64,000 bases of DNA, from assembly GCA_015234115.1 (NCBI GenBank), contig JADFWP010000004.1:16648-80647 (forward strand), in the 5' to 3' direction. Below the pieces are notes generated by a model that saw only the letters and a list, made by a program, of their open reading frames with translations, ran no database searches and was not told the DNA's origin. This stretch comes from Magnetococcales bacterium (lineage in GTDB: Bacteria > Pseudomonadota > Magnetococcia > Magnetococcales > Magnetaquicoccaceae). The position numbers and the translations under genes are program-made. Position 1 is the first letter of the stretch. Each line of letters begins with the position of its first letter. Positions 1 to 7,777 of the stretch are shown here, in pieces.

Positions 1-2341
1 TCGAATCGATCATCTGGGCCGTGGTCTGGTCGCTGGATTGCCGGATGCCGTTCACCATCATGGCATTGTTGTTGGAAAGCTGATTGATGGAGGTGGCAAA
101 ATGGCTGGCCATGCCTGCTGCGGTCTGTTCCAGGCTTTCGGCGGCATGCAGGATCAATTCGCCCGCCACCACCAGGGTATTGGCAACGGAGTTGGATTCC
201 TGTTCGGACGTGGAACGCGATTGATGCATAAACCGGTTCATCTCTTCAAGCAACTGCTCCGGCGTCTTCTGCGCCGCAAGCTCTTTGGCCTGGATTTGAC
301 CCATGGTATCGATTTTCGTGCCAATATGATCCTGGAACCGTTCCATGCCCGTCAGCAATTTTTCCGTGGCCACGAGCAGATGCGGAGCGGCACCAAAAAT
401 GCGCTGCATTTCGTTTTGCACGGCGAGCATGGCCGTGGAGGATTGAGAGAGATCCCGCAGGCTGTTGCCCATCTGCCCGCTGAAGCTGTTGGCGGATTCG
501 CGCAGCAGGGCGACCAACTCCATTTGGGCGGATTTCATGCCAGCGGCCACCGACCCCAGATCGGTGATGGTGCGCTCCATGCGTCCGGCCAGACCGGCCG
601 AGGAGTCCCGCAGCAGCGCGGACATCTCCATTTGCGCCCCACGCATACCCGCTGCCACATCGGCCAGATCGGCAATGGTCCGTTCGAGCCGTCCGCTCAT
701 GCCGACCGTGGAATCCTTCAGGACCGCAGCCAACTCCAGTTGGGAGCGTTTCATACCCGTCGCCACATCGGCCAGACTGCTTACCGAACGTCCCAGAATG
801 GCATCCAGTTCACCGAACGAATGGCGCTGATTGGTGGCCAACTGATTGCCGGACTGCTCCATCAGCGCTTTCAAGGCGAGAGCCGCCTCTTTCAGAGAGT
901 GGGCCAACCGTTCGTTTTGCTGATCGAGATTGGTCTGGATGTTTGAAACCTGACGTTCAAAGGTCTGGAGGTTCTGATCCGCCTGGCCTTGTCTTCCGGA
1001 TTCGATCCGGGTGAATTCACCCACCAGATCCTTGTGGAGTTGTTGTTGGCCACCCTTCATATCGGCAATGGCATGGGTCAAGGTGCCGATGGCCTGGTCG
1101 AGACGCCCGAAGGAGCCTTCGGCCGATTCGCGCAACAAAGTGGACATGTTGGCCCCCAGTCCATCCATGGCCTCGCGGATTTTTTCGGCCGTGTTCAACA
1201 GACCTTCCTGACCGCTCTCCCGCAGGTCGCGGATCAGACCGGTTTGGCTTTCATGCAGATGGATCTGGCTTTCATGCTGCTTGCGCAGATTTTCATTGAG
1301 TGCGAACAACCCCAACTCGATGGAACTCAATTTCTCCGCGAGGGTGCCCTGAAAGGATTCCAGCAGCGGGGCCAAAGCGGATTGCAGGGATTGCTGGTGG
1401 GAAGCGCGTTGATTGTCCTGATATTTGATCAGGGTTTCAAACATTTTTCCCATGGCCGGGGCGAGGCTGGCCCCGATTCGGGCATCCATCTCCCCGCCGC
1501 CCGGATTGGCACTCTGGGTCAGGGTTTGAGTTTTCAAGATCTGGCAGAGCTTGCGCAATTCGGAGACCTGCTCCATTTGCGCATGATAGATTCTGGACAA
1601 ACCGCTGTTTTCGTCATGTGACATCTCCAGACAGGATTCCAACTGTTCGCTGAAACGCTGTACCAGGCGTCCGACCCAATGCTGGCGACGTTTTTCAAGA
1701 ACAGAAAAAAGAATGGAAAGCCCGATACCGAAGATGGAGGTCAAAAAGGCGGTCGAGACACCCCCCATGAGAAACTTCATCGCCTGCTTCATCTCCTGGG
1801 GACCGGCAGACATGCCGTCCTGGGCCAGATAGATGCCGGCAACCAGACCGACAAACGTGCCGAAAATACCACCACCGGTCAGAAATCCGGGAATGGCATC
1901 ATACAGACGTGAATTGATATTGACAAAATAAAGGCTGCGTTCGTTGAAATAGAGGGCAGGTTCTGCGGTGGTCCGGATGGGAGTGGCCGTGTTGGCGGTC
2001 GGCAGGGTGAGATGTTTCTGAAATTCCGCCCAGGCCGATGCGTAAAAGTGCATATCCGGCTCTTCCATTCCCTGACGGAATCGGGGCCAATTGAGGGAGA
2101 ATCGTTCTCTCCTGAGTTGATCCCGTTTCAGGGGGTCCGGGGGTATTTCCTGTGCAGGAGACGTGCTGCACTCTGCGATCAGCCGCAATCCTTTCTTGAC
2201 TTGTTTGCCAATGCGCCGTGTTTGGAGATAGAATACTCCAAGACTGGTCAAAAACCCACTAATAACCATAAATGCCAGGAGTATATGACCTCCCAAACCA
2301 GAGAAAAAGGTGGCAAGCGCAATCATAGGATGGGTTTCCAT
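1..2341 (-). CDS. ZorA-like MotA/TolQ/ExbB-family membrane protein with long alpha-helical tail (partial, runs off left edge, >780 aa)
   Basis: Manual translation of the minus strand from ATG 2341 (in-frame TAA just upstream) is open to position 1: METHPMIALATFFSGLGGHILLAFMVISGFLTSLGVFYLQ (TM1)...SAWAEFQKHL...TAEPALYFNERSL...INSRLYDAIPGFLTGGGIFGTFVGLVAGIYL (TM2)...MKFLMGGVSTAFLTSIFGIGLSILFSVLEK (TM3), then >540 aa of helical tail. These motifs match the ZorA/MotA pattern. Absent from the ORF track because there is no stop in the window. Confidence 0.85.
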   Translation of the reverse strand, partial: METHPMIALATFFSGLGGHILLAFMVISGFLTSLGVFYLQTRRIGKQVKKGLRLIAECSTSPAQEIPPDPLKRDQLRRERFSLNWPRFRQGMEEPDMHFYASAWAEFQKHLTLPTANTATPIRTTAEPALYFNERSLYFVNINSRLYDAIPGFLTGGGIFGTFVGLVAGIYLAQDGMSAGPQEMKQAMKFLMGGVSTAFLTSIFGIGLSILFSVLEKRRQHWVGRLVQRFSEQLESCLEMSHDENSGLSRIYHAQMEQVSELRKLCQILKTQTLTQSANPGGGEMDARIGASLAPAMGKMFETLIKYQDNQRASHQQSLQSALAPLLESFQGTLAEKLSSIELGLFALNENLRKQHESQIHLHESQTGLIRDLRESGQEGLLNTAEKIREAMDGLGANMSTLLRESAEGSFGRLDQAIGTLTHAIADMKGGQQQLHKDLVGEFTRIESGRQGQADQNLQTFERQVSNIQTNLDQQNERLAHSLKEAALALKALMEQSGNQLATNQRHSFGELDAILGRSVSSLADVATGMKRSQLELAAVLKDSTVGMSGRLERTIADLADVAAGMRGAQMEMSALLRDSSAGLAGRMERTITDLGSVAAGMKSAQMELVALLRESANSFSGQMGNSLRDLSQSSTAMLAVQNEMQRIFGAAPHLLVATEKLLTGMERFQDHIGTKIDTMGQIQAKELAAQKTPEQLLEEMNRFMHQSRSTSEQESNSVANTLVVAGELILHAAESLEQTAAGMASHFATSINQLSNNNAMMVNGIRQSSDQTTAQMIDS
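452..775 (-). repeat. Three tandem 108-bp (36-aa) coding repeats in the ZorA-like tail
   Basis: LADVATGMKRSQLELAAVLKDSTVGMSGRLERTIAD / LADVAAGMRGAQMEMSALLRDSSAGLAGRMERTITD / LGSVAAGMKSAQMELVALLRESANSFSGQMGNSLRD, starting at 775, 667 and 559; a degenerate copy lies near 1030-1150. Confidence 0.85.
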
Positions 2342-2559
2342 ATCATTCAGACCTTTGGAAATGCTAAGTATTTATATTTTCCAGGAGCATCTTTTTGGTG
2401 CTTCATAAAGATTACAGAACTATCGGTGCTAACGCAATGAATTTGTCAAAATGCTGTCGCCATCATATGGTTTGTGTGGATTAAAGCTTGCATATCGTCA
2501 AAAAGGCGGAGATAAGAATTGATCTCAATTATGTGATTCATTTTTTTTACATGTAGTGC

Positions 2560-2588
2560 TTGACACCTCGCAAACACAGACATATAAT
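2560..2588 (+). promoter_or_regulatory. Perfect sigma70 consensus promoter for the magnetosome operon
   Basis: TTGACA (2560-2565), 17-bp spacer, TATAAT (2583-2588); T-tract at 2541-2548 in the UP-element position. Confidence 0.85.
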
Positions 2589-2591
2589 AAC

Positions 2592-2670
2592 GATGAATTG
2601 CGCTAACTGATGAATTGCACTCACTGATGAATTGCACTCACTGATGAATTGCACTCACTGATGAATTGCA
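2592..2670 (+). repeat. 17-bp tandem repeat (GATGAATTGCACTCACT), about 4.6 copies, in the mamD leader
   Basis: GATGAATTGC starts at 2592, 2609, 2626, 2643 and 2660; first copy degenerate, last copy partial. Confidence 0.95.
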
Positions 2671-2814
2671 AATTTTGCAATTTTTTAGCAAATTTGCACG
2701 ATTTGCATCTGCTGCCGGTCCGTGACACTTAAGACTGGTTTGTTGACGTATAAAGCACATCTAAAGATTACAGACTCTTTGGGCCAGATAACAATAGCGA
2801 GCAGGAGAGATACG

Positions 2815-3681
2815 ATGGTAGCGGAAACCATGATGTTCAAGTTGAGTGGAGCTGCCCAGGCAGCCCAGGTGCCGATGCTGGCTGGCCAGTCGTTTACGGT
2901 GGGCAGTACCGTGGCAACGGGTGATGGCATGGCAAACTGGATTTTCCTGCATCCCCTCGCTGGCAATGGTGCCGGAAACGGCATGGTGGCTCTGAAACTC
3001 GAAGGAGCGCGTCAGGCGGGTCAGATCACCTCCCTGGTTGGCAAAACCGTCACTGTGGGCAAATCCCCGGTGGGTACGGCAGCGGCCGGCAAATGGTTGG
3101 TGCTGCATCAGGGAGTCGGCGGTGTGGCGGTCAAGGGCGCTGCGGGTGGGGGCACTCTGGCCATGCAGCAGTTGAACTTTGAAATGGAAGGGGCCTCTGC
3201 TGCCAAGGGTGCGGCCACGGGCAAGGGCGCCTTGGTGTGCAATGGCGCCAAAGCCGGCAAGGGCGCTGCCATGGCCGGTAAAGGAATGGCCGCCGGCAAG
3301 GGCAGCGCAGCGCTCTGCAAGGGTGGCACCATGGCCGCTGCTGGCACTGGCGCCGCAGCCGGGGCGACTGCCGGAGCCGCCACAGGGACAACCCTGGGAA
3401 GCGGTGCCATGGCCGGTGGCGTGAATACCATGGCCGGAGGCTCGGCGCTCACGGGTACGGCGACCCTCGCCGGTGGTGCCAAGGCCGCAGCCGGAGCCAA
3501 AGGAATCGCGGCCGGGGGTACGATCTGGACCGGATCTGGCACCAGCCTGGGTCTGGGACTCGGTCTGGGAGCCTGGGGGCCGATCCTGCTGGTCGGGGCC
3601 GTGGCCGCCGTTGGAGTCGGAATCTACAGCTACATGAAGCGCTCCCAGGAAGATGGCGAACTGGAAGACGCAATCAGTTGA
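2815..3681 (+). CDS. mamD: Magnetosome protein MamD (Mms7-like), Gly/Ala-rich with LG-repeat transmembrane segment
   Basis: C-terminal GTIWTGSGTSLGLGLGLGAWGPILLVGAVAAVGVGIYSYMK plus acidic tail, typical of the MamD/Mms6 family; ATG 2815 has an AGGAGA RBS (ORF track starts at 2722). Confidence 0.85.
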   Translation: MVAETMMFKLSGAAQAAQVPMLAGQSFTVGSTVATGDGMANWIFLHPLAGNGAGNGMVALKLEGARQAGQITSLVGKTVTVGKSPVGTAAAGKWLVLHQGVGGVAVKGAAGGGTLAMQQLNFEMEGASAAKGAATGKGALVCNGAKAGKGAAMAGKGMAAGKGSAALCKGGTMAAAGTGAAAGATAGAATGTTLGSGAMAGGVNTMAGGSALTGTATLAGGAKAAAGAKGIAAGGTIWTGSGTSLGLGLGLGAWGPILLVGAVAAVGVGIYSYMKRSQEDGELEDAIS

Positions 3682-3704
3682 GATGGAAGCAGGCAAAGGA
3701 AAGT

Positions 3705-3742
3705 CCCATCCTCCCGTTTCCGGAACGAAACGGGAGGATGGG
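3705..3742 (+). terminator. 16-bp perfect stem-loop after mamD (no U-tract; attenuator or mRNA-stabilising hairpin)
   Basis: CCCATCCTCCCGTTTC-cggaac-GAAACGGGAGGATGGG. Confidence 0.6.
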
Positions 3743-3776
3743 TGTCACGACATTCTGATCTGTTGAAAGAAATGAT

Positions 3777-4103
3777 ATGAAAATCAGAATGATGGCTGCT
3801 CTCAGCTACCTGGGTATTCTCTGTCTGGTGCCGCTGATGCACAACAAAAGGGACCGGTTCGTGGATTTTCACGCCCGGCAGGGGCTGGTCTTGTGGATCT
3901 GGTCCGTGTTGTCCTTTTTTGCCATGCATGTTCCGGGACTTGGACCTTATTTGTTCAGCACTTCGACCGTGATGGTGCTGTTCTTGAGTCTGTTCGGACT
4001 GGTGTCGGTTGGGTTGAACAAATGCTGGACCATACCGTTCGTGCCCAGTGTGGTGGGTTTGCTCTTTGATGGAAATGTGGGAGAGGGTCGGCGTGCCCAT
4101 TGA
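3777..4103 (+). CDS. mmsF: MamF/MmsF-family magnetosome membrane protein (paralogue 1)
   Basis: MAALSYLGILCLVPL...FVDFHARQGLVLWIW...LFGLVSV motifs of the MamF/MmsF family; mamF versus mmsF assignment uncertain. Confidence 0.8.
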   Translation: MKIRMMAALSYLGILCLVPLMHNKRDRFVDFHARQGLVLWIWSVLSFFAMHVPGLGPYLFSTSTVMVLFLSLFGLVSVGLNKCWTIPFVPSVVGLLFDGNVGEGRRAH

Positions 4104-4125
4104 TCCAACCAGAACAGGGTGTGGC

Positions 4126-5418
4126 GTGAAAGATCCGATCCTGGAATTGCAAAGCCATCACCACAACGCCCTGTATCTGGTGGTCGCCATCGTCATGATC
4201 TTTCTGACCATGATTCTGGCGCTGCAACCGCTCTATTTGAGTCAGGTTCTGGGTTTGGCGCGGGAAAATGCCGGATTCGTCAACGCCAACATCCAGGTGA
4301 TCACCGAACTGGTCGATCTGCTGTTCGTGGGGTATCTGGGCTACATCTCGGACCGGATCGGACGGATTCCCCTGATCGTGTATGGATTCCTGTTGGCCGG
4401 CGTGACCGCCCTCGTCGCCCCTTTCGACAAGGAGATCGGAGCGGTTCTGGGATTGAATGCCCTGGTGATTTTCTATGTGGTGCGGGTGCTGATGTCGTTG
4501 GGTGGAACCCTGATCTGGCCTCAGGTCGCCACCTTGACCGGCGATTATACCAAACCGGAAGATCGTCCGCTGTTGCTGGCCAATGTGGGCTTCATGATGG
4601 CCTTTGGCGTCACCTTGGTTTATGCGGTTTTCATGCAGTTGCCGGAATTGATCGGCGTGACCATCACCATGTGGCTGGCAGCACTCTTCGCCTTGACCGG
4701 CGCCTGGCTCGCCAAGAAATGGCTGGTGGAAACCGCGCAACCCAAAATGGTGGATCAGAGCTTTCCGTTTCGTGAAGTGTGGCTGCTGGTGAAAAAGGAA
4801 CAGGGACTGCGGCTCAGTTTTCTCTCCGCCTTCACCTCCCGCAACGATATGGTCATCGTCGGGCTGTTTCTGATGACGTGGTTTATCTATTTTGCCGACC
4901 TCGTGGAACAGACCACCCACGAACAGGCCGCTTCCAGGGCGGGCTTGGTGATCGGCTTGTTGGGCCTGGTGGTCCTGATCTCGATTCCCATCTGGGGACG
5001 GGTCACCAAACATGTGGGACGCATTCCGGCAGTGGCCATTGGCCTGCTGATCTCCGGTATCGGCTTTGCCACGATGGGACTGATTCTGAATCCCTTTTCC
5101 TGGTGGATTCTGGTGCCAATCGTGATCATCGGCATTGGACAGGCCGGCTGTGTTCTGGTGCCGCAAACCCTGGCTCTGGATCTGGCACCCGAAGAGATTC
5201 GTGGCTCGGTGCTGGGCGTTTTCAATACGGTTGGATGTTTTGGGGTCATTTTCTTTTTGCAGGTTGGTGGCATTCTGTTTGACTGGCTGGGTCCGACCAT
5301 GCCGTTCATTTTTACGGGTGTGGTGAATTTTGCCCTTTTTGGATATTCTTTGATTGTTATGAACAAGGGGCAGAACAGACGTCCGGCGGTGCCGGATGAA
5401 TACAATCTGTCTTTCTAG
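4126..5418 (+). CDS. mamH: Magnetosome MFS transporter MamH
   Basis: NALYL...LALQPLYL...NAGFVNANIQVITE...GYISDRIGR MFS signature, about 12 TM segments; start at GTG 4126 is inferred (ORF track starts at 4048). Confidence 0.9.
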   Translation: MKDPILELQSHHHNALYLVVAIVMIFLTMILALQPLYLSQVLGLARENAGFVNANIQVITELVDLLFVGYLGYISDRIGRIPLIVYGFLLAGVTALVAPFDKEIGAVLGLNALVIFYVVRVLMSLGGTLIWPQVATLTGDYTKPEDRPLLLANVGFMMAFGVTLVYAVFMQLPELIGVTITMWLAALFALTGAWLAKKWLVETAQPKMVDQSFPFREVWLLVKKEQGLRLSFLSAFTSRNDMVIVGLFLMTWFIYFADLVEQTTHEQAASRAGLVIGLLGLVVLISIPIWGRVTKHVGRIPAVAIGLLISGIGFATMGLILNPFSWWILVPIVIIGIGQAGCVLVPQTLALDLAPEEIRGSVLGVFNTVGCFGVIFFLQVGGILFDWLGPTMPFIFTGVVNFALFGYSLIVMNKGQNRRPAVPDEYNLSF

Positions 5419-5449
5419 TCAACTTAAACAGTAGAGGGAATGATGGATC

Positions 5450-5677
5450 ATGCCTAGAATCGTGTTTGGCTTGATTTCAATGGCGCTGGGCTTGTGGGGG
5501 GTGGCAACCTGGTGGTGGTCCATCGTTGAACTGCTGCGTGGTCTGGTTCCTTTGCTGCTGGTGTTGCTGGGATTGGTGGCACTGGGTGCCGGGTTGTCCA
5601 GAATCCGCGATGGCCAATCCTCCGCAGAGTCGCTGGATCCGGAATTGACGGAACCCCATTCACCATCGAACGAGTAA
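5450..5677 (+). CDS. mamI: Magnetosome membrane protein MamI
   Basis: MPRIVFGLISMALGLWGVATWWWSIVELLRGLVPLLL; two TM segments; located between mamH and mamE. Confidence 0.92.
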   Translation: MPRIVFGLISMALGLWGVATWWWSIVELLRGLVPLLLVLLGLVALGAGLSRIRDGQSSAESLDPELTEPHSPSNE

Positions 5678-5683
5678 TCCGCA

Positions 5684-7723
5684 ATGTTTCCCAGCAAAAG
5701 CGTCGAATGCGGCCTGCAATACAGAAAATATCTGTATGTTATTGGAGCATTGGCCATTTTTGGCCTGATAGGCAGCTACTGGTATTTGAATTATTTTCTG
5801 GATGAAATCGGGATTGACTCTGAAAAAGCCCTGTCCACGACGCGCGACATCGGTCAAAGGGGCGTGCAGGCCCTGGCCGAATTGCCGGGAACACCGATAC
5901 AGACCGTGCCTCCGGCGATGATGGCCGGTACTCCGCCCGCAGCCCCGACGATGGTGACGGACGGACAGAATGCGGCGTTCACCTGGCCACGGCCGATCAC
6001 GCCGGGTTTGATGACACCGCCGGTGGATCAGGAGTCCTTCTCGACCGTGGTCCGTTCGATTCTGCCCAGCGTGGTCAATGTCAGCACGCAGAACCGCAGC
6101 GGGACCACACCAGCGGCCATGACCCCGGCAGCCAATCCGCCGCAACCCGTTCCGGCCCCCAACGCCCCGGATGGACTGAAATTCGCCAGTCCCTTCTCCG
6201 GTGTGGCCATGGAGAGCATCGGCTCCGGCGTGATCGTCTCGGCGGACGGGTATATTGTCAGCAATTATCATGTGGTGGAAAATTCCCAGAACGTGTTCGT
6301 GACGGTGTTCGGCACCCAGGGCATTCAACGTTATCCGGCCGATGTGGTGCGTCTCGATCCCTCCCGCGATCTGGTGCTTTTGAAAATCTCGGTGCCCGTG
6401 CCTTTGCAGGCCGCACCCTTGGGCAACAGCGATCTGATCCAGGTCGGCGATCCGGTGATCACCGTGGGCTGCCCCTTTGGTCTGGACCAGACGGTCAGCA
6501 AGGGAATCGTCTCCGGTGCCCGCAAGGCAGTCACCATCGAGGGGACGATTCACAAGGATCTGATCCAAACCGATGCTGCCATCAATCAGGGCAATTCCGG
6601 TGGTCCACTGGTCTCCCGCTATGGCTATGTGGTGGGCATCAATACCGCCATCTATTCGCCGACCCAGGCTTTTTCCGGAGTGGGTTTCGCGGTTCCGGTC
6701 AACAGTGTGCGGGATTTTGTCTCCGAGGTGATCACCATTCCGGAAGTGACCCCGGCCATGGCCCAACCCGGCTGGTTTGGTCAGGGGCGCGCTGTGGCCG
6801 CCACCACCCGGCCGGTCGGACCGCCCCCGATCCCGGCCAATGCCGTGGCACCCCACGGGGATCGCGGTATGTGCGAGAACTGCCATGTGATCCTGCGCAA
6901 TGGTCAATGGAGCAGTCAACCCGTTGCCGGACAAATGGCACCTGGCGGTGCCAATGGCATCAACATCGCGCTGCCGGTGGCTCCCGGCGCACCGGCCAAC
7001 GCACCGAGCGCAGCGCTTCCGGTGACTTCGATTTCAACCCTGCCCGGTGCTGAATTCAAGCCCTTGGATGACGTACTCATCAAGCGTTTCAATCCGCCTT
7101 ATTCGAACGGCGTGTTCGTTCAGAGCATTCAGCCGGGTTCTCTGCCTGAATCCGGTGGGTTGCAGGCAGGAGACATCATCTTCAAGCTCAATGGTCGTTG
7201 GGTGCGCTCGCCAGATGAACTGCAACAACGTCTGAAAACGGTTGCCGTGGGTGACAAGGCGCGCTTCTCCCTGATCCGCAAGCGGCAACGCATGGAGGTG
7301 TCGATCACCATGACCCCCCCTCCGGTCAATGCCGTTCAGCCGACCGCCGTCGCGCCTCAACCCGATCCGATGACCGCGACCCAGCCTCAACCCGGCGGCG
7401 GGAAAACGGCCAAAACCAAGAAACCCGTGGTTCCAACGGAATTTGAATGGTTTGGCATGGAATTGCAACCGATTCAACCAGCGGCGATCACCAAGAATCC
7501 GGCGCTCAAGAACAAACAGGGCGCAGTGGTCCAGGAGACGGATCCCGGTCTTCAGGCAGAAATGGCGGGGATTCGTGCCAACGATATCATTGTGGCGATC
7601 AACAGCCTTCCAGTCACAACCAATGCCGAGTTGGATAAAGCCATCAAAGCGGTTGCAACCGCGAAGACGATTCTTCTCGATGTGGAACGTGATGGCAAAC
7701 GGATGTTCGTGACATTGCAGTAA
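5684..7723 (+). CDS. mamE: Magnetosome HtrA-like serine protease MamE (trypsin, magnetochrome, 2 PDZ)
   Basis: N-terminal TM; SNYHV / DLVLL / GNSGGPL catalytic triad; PPIPANAVAPHGDRGMCENCH magnetochrome; two PDZ domains. Confidence 0.95.
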   Translation: MFPSKSVECGLQYRKYLYVIGALAIFGLIGSYWYLNYFLDEIGIDSEKALSTTRDIGQRGVQALAELPGTPIQTVPPAMMAGTPPAAPTMVTDGQNAAFTWPRPITPGLMTPPVDQESFSTVVRSILPSVVNVSTQNRSGTTPAAMTPAANPPQPVPAPNAPDGLKFASPFSGVAMESIGSGVIVSADGYIVSNYHVVENSQNVFVTVFGTQGIQRYPADVVRLDPSRDLVLLKISVPVPLQAAPLGNSDLIQVGDPVITVGCPFGLDQTVSKGIVSGARKAVTIEGTIHKDLIQTDAAINQGNSGGPLVSRYGYVVGINTAIYSPTQAFSGVGFAVPVNSVRDFVSEVITIPEVTPAMAQPGWFGQGRAVAATTRPVGPPPIPANAVAPHGDRGMCENCHVILRNGQWSSQPVAGQMAPGGANGINIALPVAPGAPANAPSAALPVTSISTLPGAEFKPLDDVLIKRFNPPYSNGVFVQSIQPGSLPESGGLQAGDIIFKLNGRWVRSPDELQQRLKTVAVGDKARFSLIRKRQRMEVSITMTPPPVNAVQPTAVAPQPDPMTATQPQPGGGKTAKTKKPVVPTEFEWFGMELQPIQPAAITKNPALKNKQGAVVQETDPGLQAEMAGIRANDIIVAINSLPVTTNAELDKAIKAVATAKTILLDVERDGKRMFVTLQ

Positions 7724-7777
7724 CGAAATTGAAGCTCATTATTGCCAGTGAATAACGGCTGACAGGAGAAACGTCTG

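Noticed and set aside
38-2440. Plus-strand ORFs 38-946, 989-1621, 1679-1912 and 2012-2440, and minus-strand ORF 1899-2171
   Set aside because: Antisense or out-of-frame shadows of the real minus-strand ZorA-like gene (2341 to <1); they have no recognisable motifs.
2592-2670. 17-bp repeats as a CRISPR array or replication iterons
   Set aside because: The repeats are contiguous with no unique spacers, are too short for CRISPR repeats, and no cas or rep gene is nearby.
2666-2707. Definite Fur or Mur box
   Set aside because: TGCA half-site spacing is mostly 5 nt and does not match the GATAAT-type or TGCA-N7-TGCA consensus well; kept only as a hypothesis.
2722-2814. Longer N-terminus for MamD from GTG 2722
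   Set aside because: ATG 2815 has a clear AGGAGA RBS; the upstream codons lie in the leader.
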